Assembly (NCBI RefSeq): GCF_009834535.1
Contig: NC_045696.1
Span: 108,130,001 to 108,194,000, forward strand
Source: Camelus ferus
Lineage: Eukaryota
DNA length: 64,000 nucleotides
Reading direction: 5' to 3'
Part shown: piece after piece, positions 23,581-35,085 of the stretch
Numbering within the stretch: the first letter of the stretch is position 1
Layout of the letters: each line of letters begins with the position of its first letter
Translations under genes and position numbers: made by a program
The notes under the pieces: generated by a model
Seen by the model: only the letters and a program-made list of their open reading frames with translations
The model's database searches: none
Told to the model about the DNA's origin: nothing

Positions 23581-24859
23581 TCACTGAGTTGAAGTGAGGT
23601 TCAAAAAACAAAAACAAAAAGAGAGAGAGAGATAGAGAATGAACAGCCCTTAGCATAACTGACACCATGTTGGGCCCTCAGAGTTTCTCCTGTTCTTCCC
23701 CTGATCCTCCCTGTAACAGTGCTGTACAGTGAATCACTCCTCCATCATCAAGGGCTTTGTAGTTAAAAGGTATTGTTTAATAATCATTAGGACCAGAGAG
23801 CCCCTCTGCTCTGTTGGTCCCCAAACAAAGATGAAAACCTTCCCTGATGTATTTCTGGCACCCACAAGGCTAGTTACCCATTCATGAATCTTGACTTAAG
23901 AGAGCACATTCTGTTTCCAAGCACCTAATCTCATGCTCTAGGTTAACTATGAAACTGTGCCAGTGGCCCCTCGGCAGTATGGAGTGCAGCTGGGAATGCT
24001 TCTGGGTTGCTGTCCACCCAATCCCATCCCACCCTGTGGGTATGTTGCCCTATAGTAAATTGATCCATTGATCAGATGGGGTTGCATGCTTTTTCTTCCA
24101 TCTCAAGATGCCTTCTCAGTTTGGTGGGCAGTTTTTGTTCCCTCTGTCCTCCAACAGAGAGTGAGAGAGAGAGAGAAAGAGAGAGAGAAGGTGGACTAGA
24201 GCATTAACATGTTAGACTGCAGTCTTCATGGGGGTTAAAAATTAAAAAGATTTTCCCAACCACAGGAAAAAGTGGTCAGAAGTCAAAGGCAGTTAGAGCT
24301 AACAGAAATGCCACTAGAGAGTTTCGGCTCTTTAACCTGACTTTGATGTTCTTATAAATTATAGATATGGACTATTTGGGAGCTAATGTTCAGTATTACA
24401 GCAGTGAGGCTCTTTCTCCTCTCTCGCTTTTACTTTGAAGAATTTGTGTCCTGATTTTTGCTGCCGTTGTTGTTAACACCTTAACAGTTTCATTTGTTGA
24501 AAGCGTATTTGAGATCTTAGTTGTTTAAAAAAAAACGGAAAATCAGAAAAGATAAATAAGACTGAGAATGTAAGAAAGAAAAAAAAGAATTATCTGTGTC
24601 CCTCAGTAGTTTGAAGGTTGCTGTGGTTCATCTTCAAATACAGAGAGTCGAGAAAGATTTATTTATTCACATTTCTCTTAAGGCCAAAGGAGTTGAGATG
24701 ATCACTCTCTCATCCAAGCTCCCTTTCTTCACCCAGGTCCTCTTATTTATTTCTCTCTCCTCCTGAGCCAAAATTTGAGCTTCTGCGAGAGATTCTTAGT
24801 CGGTTCCCAATATTTGAAACCACTTTCAACAATACCATCCATCTCCGCCCCGTGCAAGT

Positions 24860-25325
24860 TGGCATTATCTCCACCTCCTTGGAGATGAGCCGCCTCCTCC
24901 CTCTTTTATCACTCTGAGCAGCACCCGTTTGGTTACAAATGCCCTGATAACGTTCTTGTTGGTCTCTTACAAATGAAATAACAGATAACCATTCTCCCAG
25001 GGATGACAATACTGTCACCCCACCCCCAGATAACCAGGAGAGGCGATATCCACCCCCCTTACCTGGTGTGATTAAGATCTTACTGGTGAAGATACAAGTG
25101 AGACTGCCTTTATAAAATTATATCCGTGCTCAGATCGTTTCACTCAGCTCAGATAGCAGCTAACATCGTTTCTTGGGGCCCTCCCCCATACCCATCTGCA
25201 ATGGCTTTCAAACATGTATGCTACCACCTGCCCTACTGATGAGATAAGAATAAAAGTATTAGATGGCATATTAAATTGTGCTGCGTTCTTCATATCACTC
25301 ATACAAATGAGATAACAGCTGCGGG
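24860..25325. promoter_or_regulatory. Candidate enhancer: homotypic GATA-site cluster
   Basis: WGATAR at 24865(-), 24906(-), 24945, 24983, 25028, 25151, 25242 and 25310, in apparently non-repetitive sequence. Confidence 0.5.
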
Positions 25326-25561
25326 ATAGTCTGTTGTGTTCTTGGCAGCGCTCCCAATCATTGTGCTGCTGAAATAAGGCTAGACTTAACATCTCAGCAG
25401 CGAGGGATTCGGTCCATGGCACGAATCAGCAGGGCCAGAAGGCCACCCTCCCCTAAGATCACCTTCCCAGCCTGCTTGATGGGAATTAAATAGGGACAAA
25501 TCCTTCCATTCCCAGCCAGGTTTAGGCTTAACATGTTGTTACTTAAAGGAGGTAATCCATA

Positions 25562-25873
25562 GAGGGTTTCCCAAATTTCAGTTATCAAGTCCTGCTTTTT
25601 ATATGATTTTTGTTAATACTAGAGTACTCCCATATTATGCCTTAATAAGAATTTTCTTTGAATTATTTTAACTACCTATCTTAGTGATAAAATCACTAGT
25701 TTATGTTGCTTTATTTTATTTATTTAGTATGTATTTTATTTATTGTATTTTATTTTAGTATGTCTACTTGATATTAAAAAGCAGGTAATTATTGTTGTTT
25801 TCTGTGCTCCATCTGAGATAATTCTGAGGGATACTTATGGATATTTTTAAAATGTCCTGTTTGAGAAACACCA
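25562..25873. mobile_element. hAT-Charlie-type MITE remnant
   Basis: Degenerate terminal inverted repeats gagggtttcccaaa ... tttgagaaacacc around an AT-rich body. Confidence 0.45.
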
Positions 25874-27699
25874 TTAGGATAGTTCCCACCAAAGTATACG
25901 CTGCCAGTGTACATGGTTTCTTGGTGGCTGCCTTTGATGGGTGATCCCATACCTGGAAAGGGGAGGGAGGAAAATCTATGGATATGAAAAGGGTTCAGAA
26001 AGGGGACGTTAAGGAAAGTAAAGAGCAGTCTTAAGGCATCATCTCGTCCTGACCAGACGGAGGTGAGTAAGATGGAGCCAGCGATGTCTTGACCTCTACC
26101 CTTCGGGGCAGGATCAAGGATGGAGGATCACCGGGCCCACAGTGAGATCCTGAATCACAACACACGTTCAGACACCTGTAGTTTTTGTCCCTCATGACTC
26201 TGGGATGAGGGTTCTTCTTGCCTTTTCTGTGCTGGCTCACAGCATGGACTACCCCAGAGAGAACCACCCCTCATGGGAGCTATCTTGGTAGATGATTGTA
26301 CGTGATTGTGCTCCACCTAGAGGTGTCCATGCTGGTTGGGAGCACAGATCAACCAGCATTGTGAAGAGGAGGCAAGGATGGCAAAGATGGTGAGTGCCAA
26401 GAGTTGGAGAGTTAAGCTTTCTGTCAAGTTTATCTTATTCACCCAAGAAAAGTGGCTCCATTACAAAGCCATTGTATACGTGTTTATACATACTGTTTAA
26501 ATGCAAAAACCAAAACCCCAGACCAAAATCAGATGAATGAGACTGAGAGTTGAGGGCTGGAAAGCATTAATTTAGAGGTAGCAGAGGCCCCTGACGGCTG
26601 TCAGAGAAGCTTCTGCTCCAGGCATTTCTAGGCACCTATAACCCCAGGCATCAAGAGCTCTGCCATGGTAACCCCTTCCATGCCAGTCTCCGGCTCTGCA
26701 CTTCCTGGTCACCACCCCGGACAAGGACTGCCAGACTTCACTGTGATGATCCCCCTGCTCTGACCAGTCCCAAAGGTTCTACCATCTTGCGACCAGGCAA
26801 TGACCTCTGGCTGATTATCCCAGACACAGCCCCAAATGCCACAGAAGGGCTTCCTTGGACATGTGGCTTCTTCTCTGGCAGAGCTTCCAGGAAACCTGCT
26901 GTTTAGGACAGCTGTTGGGATGGTTGATAGGAGGAGGACAAGAAAGAGTTAATCTCTAAACCAACCATGGGCTAGTTGTGGGCCTGCCAAGCATCCAGGC
27001 TGAGCTTGGGGAAGCGCCACAAGGGAGTGTTTAATCAGACATCAGTTTCCAGGTGTGTGGAGGTCCCGGCTGATGACCAAAGAGTGAACCAAGTGTCTGG
27101 GAACAGTTCGTGTGCACAAGTCTGAGACTCACAAGAGACAACAGTCAATCCCTGCTTCATCCTTTAATCCGCATGTGTTGCTTAACGACAATCCAGCAAA
27201 ATTCAGTGGGGGCTTTTTTTGTATTCGAGTTACATAGAGCAGGAAGGCATCCTTAGTGTTTTGTAAATAGTATTTTGCCCAGTTGGTCAGAGCTGATTAG
27301 CTCATGTTTGTCCCTCATTTCCCCAAATTAGCTTTTGCCATCATCTTGCATACCCATGAAACGGGCTCTCGATCACTGCATTTCCCCGCAGCTCCCTCAC
27401 TGCACTCGTTGTGCCCACTGGCCACCTCCCAGAACAATCTTGCCTCTGGTCCTCTCAGTGCCTATTTCTCTCTAGGTTCCTTTCCCACCTTTGGTAATAG
27501 AAAAGGGAAAAACAGTTATTCCAAGAATTCAGACTGTTGGTAAAATACAATATTCTTCTTTCTGATTTCTTAAAACTCGAATTGTTCCTCCTTGTCCCAC
27601 GAAAGAAAGAAGAAAGGAAGGAAAGAAGGAGACAAAGAAGGAAGTGAATGAGGACAGAAGAACAAATTTCTGTTCTTCACTAGGATTGAATCTTTACCC

Positions 27700-28310
27700 A
27701 ATTCAAAAAAAATTGAACTTTTGTGTGCAATGTAACTTATTATAAAGGTAATAGAACCACAATCTGGAAAAATTGGAAAAAGGAAAATAAAAACACCCAT
27801 AATGCGAATAACATAACAGAGTTGCTGTTAACAGGTTGGTATATTTTCTGCTAGTCTTTCTGCTTAACACCACTTAAAAAATCTAGTTGCAGTCCTACTA
27901 CACATACAAATTTTCTCTTTTTTTTTTTTCACTTAACATTTAGTGATGAGCATTTTTCGTGGTGCTGTGTGGCCTTTAAAACCATAGTTTTTAAGGAATG
28001 TATAATGTTTCCTCTAGTAAAAAATGTGCCAGTTTACATAACCATTTCTTGATTGTTTTGATATTTAGGTTGTTTGCAATTGGAAAAATTTTACTGCATC
28101 ATTGAAATGATACTGTTCAAGCATATGTTCCTCCTTACCTCTACTTTTGCATTATTTTATGAGGTTCTATTTGCAGATGTCAGATGACCAGACAAAACAA
28201 AATCTATGGATGTTTTCAAGGTGCCTGATTCACAATTTGAAGTTGGTTCTTTTTTTTTTTGAAGTTGGATTCTAAAAGCACCTGTGCCCATGTATTCCTC
28301 ACCAGCCCCA
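27700..28310 (-). mobile_element. Old L1ME 3' remnant
   Basis: ttttcacttaacatt...tttaggttgtttgcaatt motifs of the antisense L1ME 3'UTR. Confidence 0.55.
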
Positions 28311-29439
28311 CTCATGGGTCCACTGCACATCCTCACTGTAGTTGTCCCCTCATTTTTCCTCCTCCCACAAAGGTGGAGAAGAACATCTCTTCACAGATTT
28401 CTCACCACTTTCCTCCAGTCTGAAGCCAAAATAAGCTTCACTTACTTTGCAAGTGGTCTCCATGTTGTTGCAGGTGTCTTTAAAACATCTTTGCTCCTCT
28501 ACCCCAGCTCAAGTTCAGGCGATGAAGCTAGGAGGGTAATGATGAGAGGAAGGGTTGTGGGCCAACCAGGGTGATAGGAGGGGGATTTGGGAAGTGGATT
28601 CCACAACTGATGGTGTCTGAATGACTATAATATCTCCAGGAGTAATTTATTGAGTACTTACGTGTATTTGCCGCTCTGATGGATATGATGGGTTATACAG
28701 AGGTAAATGCCACCATAAAAGGGCTTATAGCTTGATGGGAAATGACAGGCCTTTGAATAAGTGTTACAAAGACAGAACGAGGGTCAAGAAGGGGTCAGGA
28801 TATGAAAGCAGTCTCAACCCTCACAGAAGAATCTCTGTACGTCAGATTCCATGCTTTTGAGCTTCATTTTGATATGATCAAGGACAGAGTAGGAAGTCAA
28901 TTGTGGCAGCTTCACTGAAATAGGATGAATTCTGGTTTCAGGAAAAGGTAGGATCCCGTGGGGTGGAATTTGAGTAAAGCATTTCGCTACTCACCATTCC
29001 TGACAGAGTGTGCCTATGTATTGATGGGGGTATGGATGCCTGGAACCCAGGATATTAGCTTTCCCTCTGCAACACCTCTATGGTTCCAAAGACTGAAGAA
29101 TCAAGAAGTGCCTACCCTGGGGAAACTTCTGATCTAAGAGGAGGTTTACAATGAAGGACTGAACACCAAGAGTCAGATTAAGCAGCAGATGATGGGGGTG
29201 GAATATTAATGGGAACTAGACACCATGTATACCTAGGTACGTATGGTTCTTTAGCTCTTGCTACGTAACCTCTCTCTCTTTTTTTCTCATCTCTTATAAA
29301 GTGATTAATTAAAATTGTGGAGTTTTAAAATAGGAAGTGAACCTTCATCCCTTCAGAGGACTCTCAGTAACAGGACAGAATATGGAAATGCAATTGACCA
29401 CCCCACTTTAACAATTCAAATTCATAGAAATGCTGGATT

Positions 29440-31290
29440 GAAAAAAAAAATAACAAAATTTTGGTGAAATTGCATTGCTGAAGTTGAAAGGAAGAAAACT
29501 ATCTCAGATGTAGGAGGAGAGGAAGGGAAATGAAAGCTACTGTGAGTGGGGGGGGGTAAGGGGAGTCCATACCTGGGGTCTCATGGGGATTTGGGTTTCA
29601 CATGAGAACTGGGCTTGGCCCTGGAGTATCTATATGAGAATCAGTCATGTGGCTTGCAGACCACAGGTAATGGAGGGAGGAGAAACCGTGTGTAAAGCCT
29701 GAAAAATCTAAGAGCTCCTCTGCTTACAAAATGTGGACTGGAAAATTGGACCTTTTGACAAAGGGAAGCACATGGAAGCCTGTCATTTGTCCAGAGACTT
29801 ATCCAGAAAGAAAGCAAAAAAAATTTGAGAAACCTAATCCCTAAGCCTGAATTACATAGAGGTTTGCAATCCAAATTTACACTACCTGTCTGACGTGGGA
29901 CGCCCAAGCTGAGAATTTATCATAAACCTGGTCAAGGACCATTGAAACCCTACAGGCTACAGTAAAAGCAAATATAAAACTTCTCAGCAGGAATCCTTTC
30001 ACAATCCAGGGCACACAGAATTCCATAGACCTAACCCCCCTGATGAAGAGAGGCTCGCAATAAAAAACAGAAAAACCTCATGAATCAAACCACCGCACAT
30101 CAGGGTCAGGAGACACCACAAGCAGGAATTCCTATCTGCTACTGGCAGGAGTGACAAATGGTAAAACTACAGCGGAGCAATTTAGCAAGACCCAGTACAT
30201 TTGAAGATGGGCAAACACTACACCCAGCAAGCTCTAGAAAATTCTCTTATATGTATATAAGAAGATATGCCCAGAGATGTTCACTGCCCTATTGTTTGTA
30301 AAAACAAATTATAATCATAATAGAAAACCTCCAAATGGTAAGTCAGAATGGAGATGAATAAGTAAAGGGTGATCTGATTTATCCATATATTAAAATACCT
30401 ATCAAGTCATTAAAATGAATGAACGTATCTAAATGTGGTGCAGGAAAAATGAATGTGGGGTGAGAGGTGGGCCATGTCCCAGGTCTCCGTTGAGTCCCTG
30501 GGATGTGCTCCGCCAGGTGTGGGTCTTTGACTTCGCGTAGGAAAGAATTCAAGAGAGAGCCACAGTGGAGTAAAGATAGACTTATTTAGAGAGATAAATA
30601 CTACATACAGTGTAGGCTGTTTTGGAAGGCAGGAGAAAGGCCATGAGGTGTAAGGGTTGGGTGCTCAGGTTAAAGTAAAAGTGGATACACACGCCGTAGT
30701 GCAGGGCTTCTCTGAAGATGAGGGAGTGAGAGGAGGCCATGAGGTGCGGTGTTACTAATTTTTATGAGCTCAGTAGCTTCACATGCCAACAAGCAGGAAG
30801 ACCATTCCAACTACCCTGGGGAAGAGAGTGGGATTCCCAGGAATTGGGCCACAGCCCACTCTTTGACCCTTTATGATTAGCCTTGGAGCTGTCATGGTGC
30901 CTGTGGGCATGTTATTCACCATGCTAATATATTACAATGAATGCATAATGAAACTCAAGATCTACTAGAAGTCAAACCTACTGCCATCTTGAACCTCAAG
31001 GCCTACTAGGGGTTGAATCTCTACCCTTTTGGTGTTAATTGCTGTCATTCCTTGAATGGCTGTGCCCTGCCCCCTTCCCTCCTGTCTCAAATGTATAAAT
31101 TTTAAAAATGTGATAATGAGTGAGAAAGTCACGCTTTCTCAAGGATCCATGTAGCATACTATTTATGTAAGTTTAAAAATATCAATAAATATTATATGTT
31201 ATATATGAACTTGTGCAAAGGTAGTAAAAGTATAAAAACAGAAAAAGAAAACAACGTATCAATCTAAGAGAAGTAGTTTCCTTTGCGTGG
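29440..31290 (+). mobile_element. Old L1M fragments (host of the LTR at 30436-31089)
   Basis: cccagagatgttcactgccctattgtttgtaaaaacaaa...cattaaaatgaatgaac, resuming after the LTR at gtataaattttaaaaatgtgataatgagtg. Confidence 0.55.
30436..31089 (-). mobile_element. ERV1-class solo LTR, relatively young
   Basis: TG...CA termini; perfect 4-bp TSD AATG (30432-30435 and 31090-31093); minus strand starts tgagacaggagggaaggggcaggg. Confidence 0.85.
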
Positions 31291-31609
31291 TAGGGAAGGC
31301 AAAAGACTTGATTCAAATCTAAGTCTGACTCTTAAACCAGCACCAAACTAAAAGTATACCATACGCACTCCCCACAACCCAATACATTTTTTTTTACAAT
31401 GAAAACAAAAACCGTCCCTAAATGTTTTTTTCTACAGACTTTTTTTTTTTTAAAGAAATAGTGTATTATGGAGTCCATTGATGCTCCATTTACATGTCAG
31501 TCTTGCCCACCCTCCACCTCATTGCCTCTATTGTCTGTTGCCTCTTCAAACACAAACCGAGATCAAATCATACCTTTAATCACTCCCAGCATACCAGAAA
31601 GGAAGTGGT

Positions 31610-32680
31610 GGAGGCAAAAGCATATAGTCATAATAAGATACCTCTTTGGGGGAAAGACTAAGCAACGGGGAACTAATGCTGTGGGCACTAGTGAATATCA
31701 TGTATTATACCCTCCCGGGTGAACACTCCAAGGACACCCCGAAGTGGTCGTAGAAGGAGTTCCCAGCTGGGTCTAAATGGCTGTCCTTCATCTGCTTTGA
31801 AATCACTTCCCTTGTCTATTATTCTCCACAACCTTGTGTAAGATAGACAGGGGGATGTATTCCTTTTCTAGGAGCTATATTAATTGTCATAGTTCACTTC
31901 CTGTCCTAGGGAGTCTAGGACATTGGGGCTGATCTTAGGGACCGAGCAATCACAGGTCTTTATATTCAGGACTTGAAGTTGGACCAATTAGCCAGTCAGT
32001 TGGCTTTCCAGAAGCTTCAAGGGATAGTAACCAAACCCCAGAGATCTTATGGAGTCATGGTCTATGGATTTTGACCCTGTTTTTATAGTGTCTGTCTCTT
32101 AGCAACGGGTACAAGAGCTCTGTGCGTGCTCCTCGCCCTGGGCTTACCTGCTTCCATTTTGTCTTCTCAGGCAACGGATTGAGGCAAGGCCTATGTGCCC
32201 TTCATTGGGGCTCTTTACAATGGGGTGATTGTATTTTTTTGAGCAGCAAGTGAAACCTTGGAGGTGTTGGAAGGGGCCTGAGCCCCTAGGCTCACTTCAC
32301 ATTCCTGGTTTCTTCTAGGTCTCAATCTTAATTGCCTCTGTGCTTCCCATCGAATTACCTTTACTTACAGTAGCTTTAGCTCTGGGGAGATAATATCTAA
32401 CTCTTTGCCCTCTTAGATTGCTGGCCATTGTCTCTTAGCAAGACTCTGTAGCTGTCCCTTTCTGCTTTCAGATTAGCCAGCTTGTATTGAAATAGAAACT
32501 CTAACATCATGATCTTTTTTTCTTTCAATTAGAATCCCGAAGTATAGCATGTGGCCCTTTAACCAGCTCTTATGCAAGCCTGTAAAAAGGATTGCCAGCT
32601 TATATATGGGGAGGGAGAACCTCACTGTATCTAAGTTCACCTAAATTTAGCCACTTCCATGTAGATCTGTCACTTATAAC
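31610..32680 (-). mobile_element. Possible ancient long LTR remnant (family not identified)
   Basis: LTR-like composition ending ...cacttataaca; no TSD found; weak. Confidence 0.3.
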
Positions 32681-32772
32681 ATCCCAACCTAGTACTGACT
32701 TACATACTGGTTAGGACCCTTGTAAGAGAAAGAAAACCGATTCAAACCAGCTTAAAAAAAACCCCCAGGGAT

Positions 32773-33295
32773 CTAGGTACAATGGAATACTACTCAGCCA
32801 TAAAAAAGAATAAAATAATGCCATTTGTATCAACATGGATGGATCTGGAGATCATCATAATAAGTAAAGCAAGCCAGAAAGAAAAAGAAAAATATCATAT
32901 GATATCACTTATATGTGGAAATCTTAGGGAAAAAAAAGGACACAAATGAACTTATTTATAAAACAGAGACAGACTCACAGACATAGAAAACAAACTTATG
33001 CTTAACAGAGGGGAAAGGGGGTGGGGAGGATTAAATTGGGAGCTCGGGATTTGTAGATACTAACTACCATATACAAAATAGATAAACAACAAGGTCCTAC
33101 TGTACAGCACAGGGAATTATATTCAATACCTTGTAATGGCTTATAATGAAAAAGAATATGAAAATGTATATATATATATATATATATATGTATATAAATA
33201 TATAACTGAATCACTATGCTGTACCCTAGAAATTAACACAACTGTACGTCAAATAAAAAAACAAATCAAAAGAGTTTTCTTAAAAAAAAAAAACA
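32773..33295 (+). mobile_element. Young L1 3' end, inserted in an old MLT1 LTR (32705-32765 and 33300-33790, minus)
   Basis: acaatggaatactactcagccataaaaaagaataaaataatgccatttg...; 3'UTR with (AT)n at ~33168-33200; A-tail. Confidence 0.9.
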
Positions 33296-34409
33296 ACCCA
33301 GAAAAGATATTGGTCTATGTTCAGTAAGTAAAAGGAGTGTCGGTGTCCTTAGATGATCTTAGATCAGGAAGTTCAAGCAGCATCACTAGGAATCTGCAGA
33401 TTTTTCTCTGTCTCTTGGCTTATGTGTCCTCAGGATTGGCTTCATTCTCAAATAGGCTCTCTGTGTGGTGGCGAGGTGGTCGTCTGCAGTTCTTGGCTGA
33501 TGCAGTTCTTATAGTTGGTATTGCAGCAACTGTAGAATGCATCCTTCTGACAATTCCACTAGAAGCCTTGGGCAAGGCTCTGACTGCCCTGGCTTAGCTT
33601 GGCCACATGCCCATTCCTGCACGAACCACTGTGACCAGGGTCTGGGGTTCAGGTTCTCTGACTGACAGGCGGGGACTGTGAACCCAGACTGGAAAATTAG
33701 GGTAGCATCAGCACCACTTGGACCACAAGTACAATAAATAAAGGATGGTTCCTCGAAGAGGTCCCAGGCAAAAACAAGGGTCTTACAACAGGAGCATTCT
33801 GAATTATTTACATGGTCTCTTTGTCAAACACTTTGGAAGCTCTCTTTGTATTTGCCATGGGTAATTTTTTTTAGTGTACTTTAAGTCCAAATGCATTGGT
33901 ATTTATGTTTAAAATCAAATTGTCACTGAGTGGTCTCATTAAGTGAAAGTGTTTAATTTTTAATGCTGTGGCTCTCAAACTAGATTTTGAGAGCATCCAT
34001 AGATTTGGGGAGTGCGCATACACTTTTGTTTATTTTAACAGAGATTAAGTCATACATTATTCGCATTTGAAAAAGACTTCATACCCTCTCAATGTTGTAT
34101 GGTAGAGTGCCATATGGAAACATATGGTTCCCAACTTTTCCAAATAAGATTTCTTTTTGACAGCCCCACATTTTGCAGTCTCCCACAAAATAGTAACAGT
34201 ACGTATAGTATCTTAAGAAAAATACAAATGAGAACAATGACTGTGTAGTCAGTATTTTATTAAGCGCGATAGCACTGGTAACACTTGAAAAATAACAGTG
34301 TACATAGGAACTGGGCCTGCCATGTAATCAGGCTGCAGAAATTGCTTAGGGTTTTTTTGACTCCTCCGAGATAGCACTTACAAGAATTGGGCCCGTAGGT
34401 TAGGGACTA

Positions 34410-34630
34410 GTGCTGCAATAGTGAGAAATTAAGAATGTGGTTCAATCCCACCTTTGCCACTTGTGAGCTATGTGACTTTGGGTGTTTAAATCTCCAGCTT
34501 CCTCAAATGGGAACTGGCAGTAACATCCCCTGTCCCCTAAGGTTGCTGTGAGGAGTAGAGGTAACACAGGTAAAGTACTCGGCAGAGACTTAGACACATG
34601 ATCAGCACTCAGTATGTGTGACAATTACAG
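34410..34630 (+). mobile_element. MIR SINE
   Basis: ggttcaatcccacctttgccacttgtgagctatgtgactttggg...aggttgctgtgaggagtagag. Confidence 0.8.
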
Positions 34631-34707
34631 TTACCACTTTATAGTTATCTATTTATTATAGATAATTATAATCTTAATTATAATTATCTAAAACTTACAT
34701 AAAATTT

Positions 34708-34708
<1 letters not shown>

Positions 34709-34753
<45 letters not shown>

Positions 34754-34754
34754 T
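34709..34754. repeat. (AT)n(GT)n microsatellite
   Basis: Seen directly. Confidence 0.95.
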
Positions 34755-34974
34755 ACTTAAGTCTCCTTGCAGGTAGGCATTTGTATTTTAGGCATCTTTA
34801 TATTTTCAGCATCTAATGAGGTCTTGGCTTAGGCAGGATACGTCTATTGAGTGAATAAATAAATTATTGGAAAATTAAATGCAGTGATAGATCTCAAGTG
34901 TCTAGCCCAATGGCTATAGCATGGTGAGTACCTCTTAAATGTGTCTTTTTCCTTCCTGTCCATCATCCAGGCTT

Positions 34975-35085
34975 GGTCCTCAAACTTTAGTGTCATTAAG
35001 AATTTCCTGTCGAGCTTGTTGAAACAGATTGGTAGCCCCGCATCAGGTTCCTGACTCAGTAGTCCTGGGTGGGACCTGCACAGTG
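34975..35085. mobile_element. MER5-type hAT-Charlie fragment
   Basis: ctcaaactttagtgtcattaagaat...gagcttgttgaaacagatt...tgactcagtagtcctgggtgggacctg. Confidence 0.65.

Noticed and set aside
26055..26070. Strong splice-donor-like GAG|GTGAGT (similar words near 26390 and 63590)
   Set aside because: No matching polypyrimidine acceptor or coherent reading frame; such words are expected by chance in 64 kb. A lncRNA exon cannot be excluded without RNA data.
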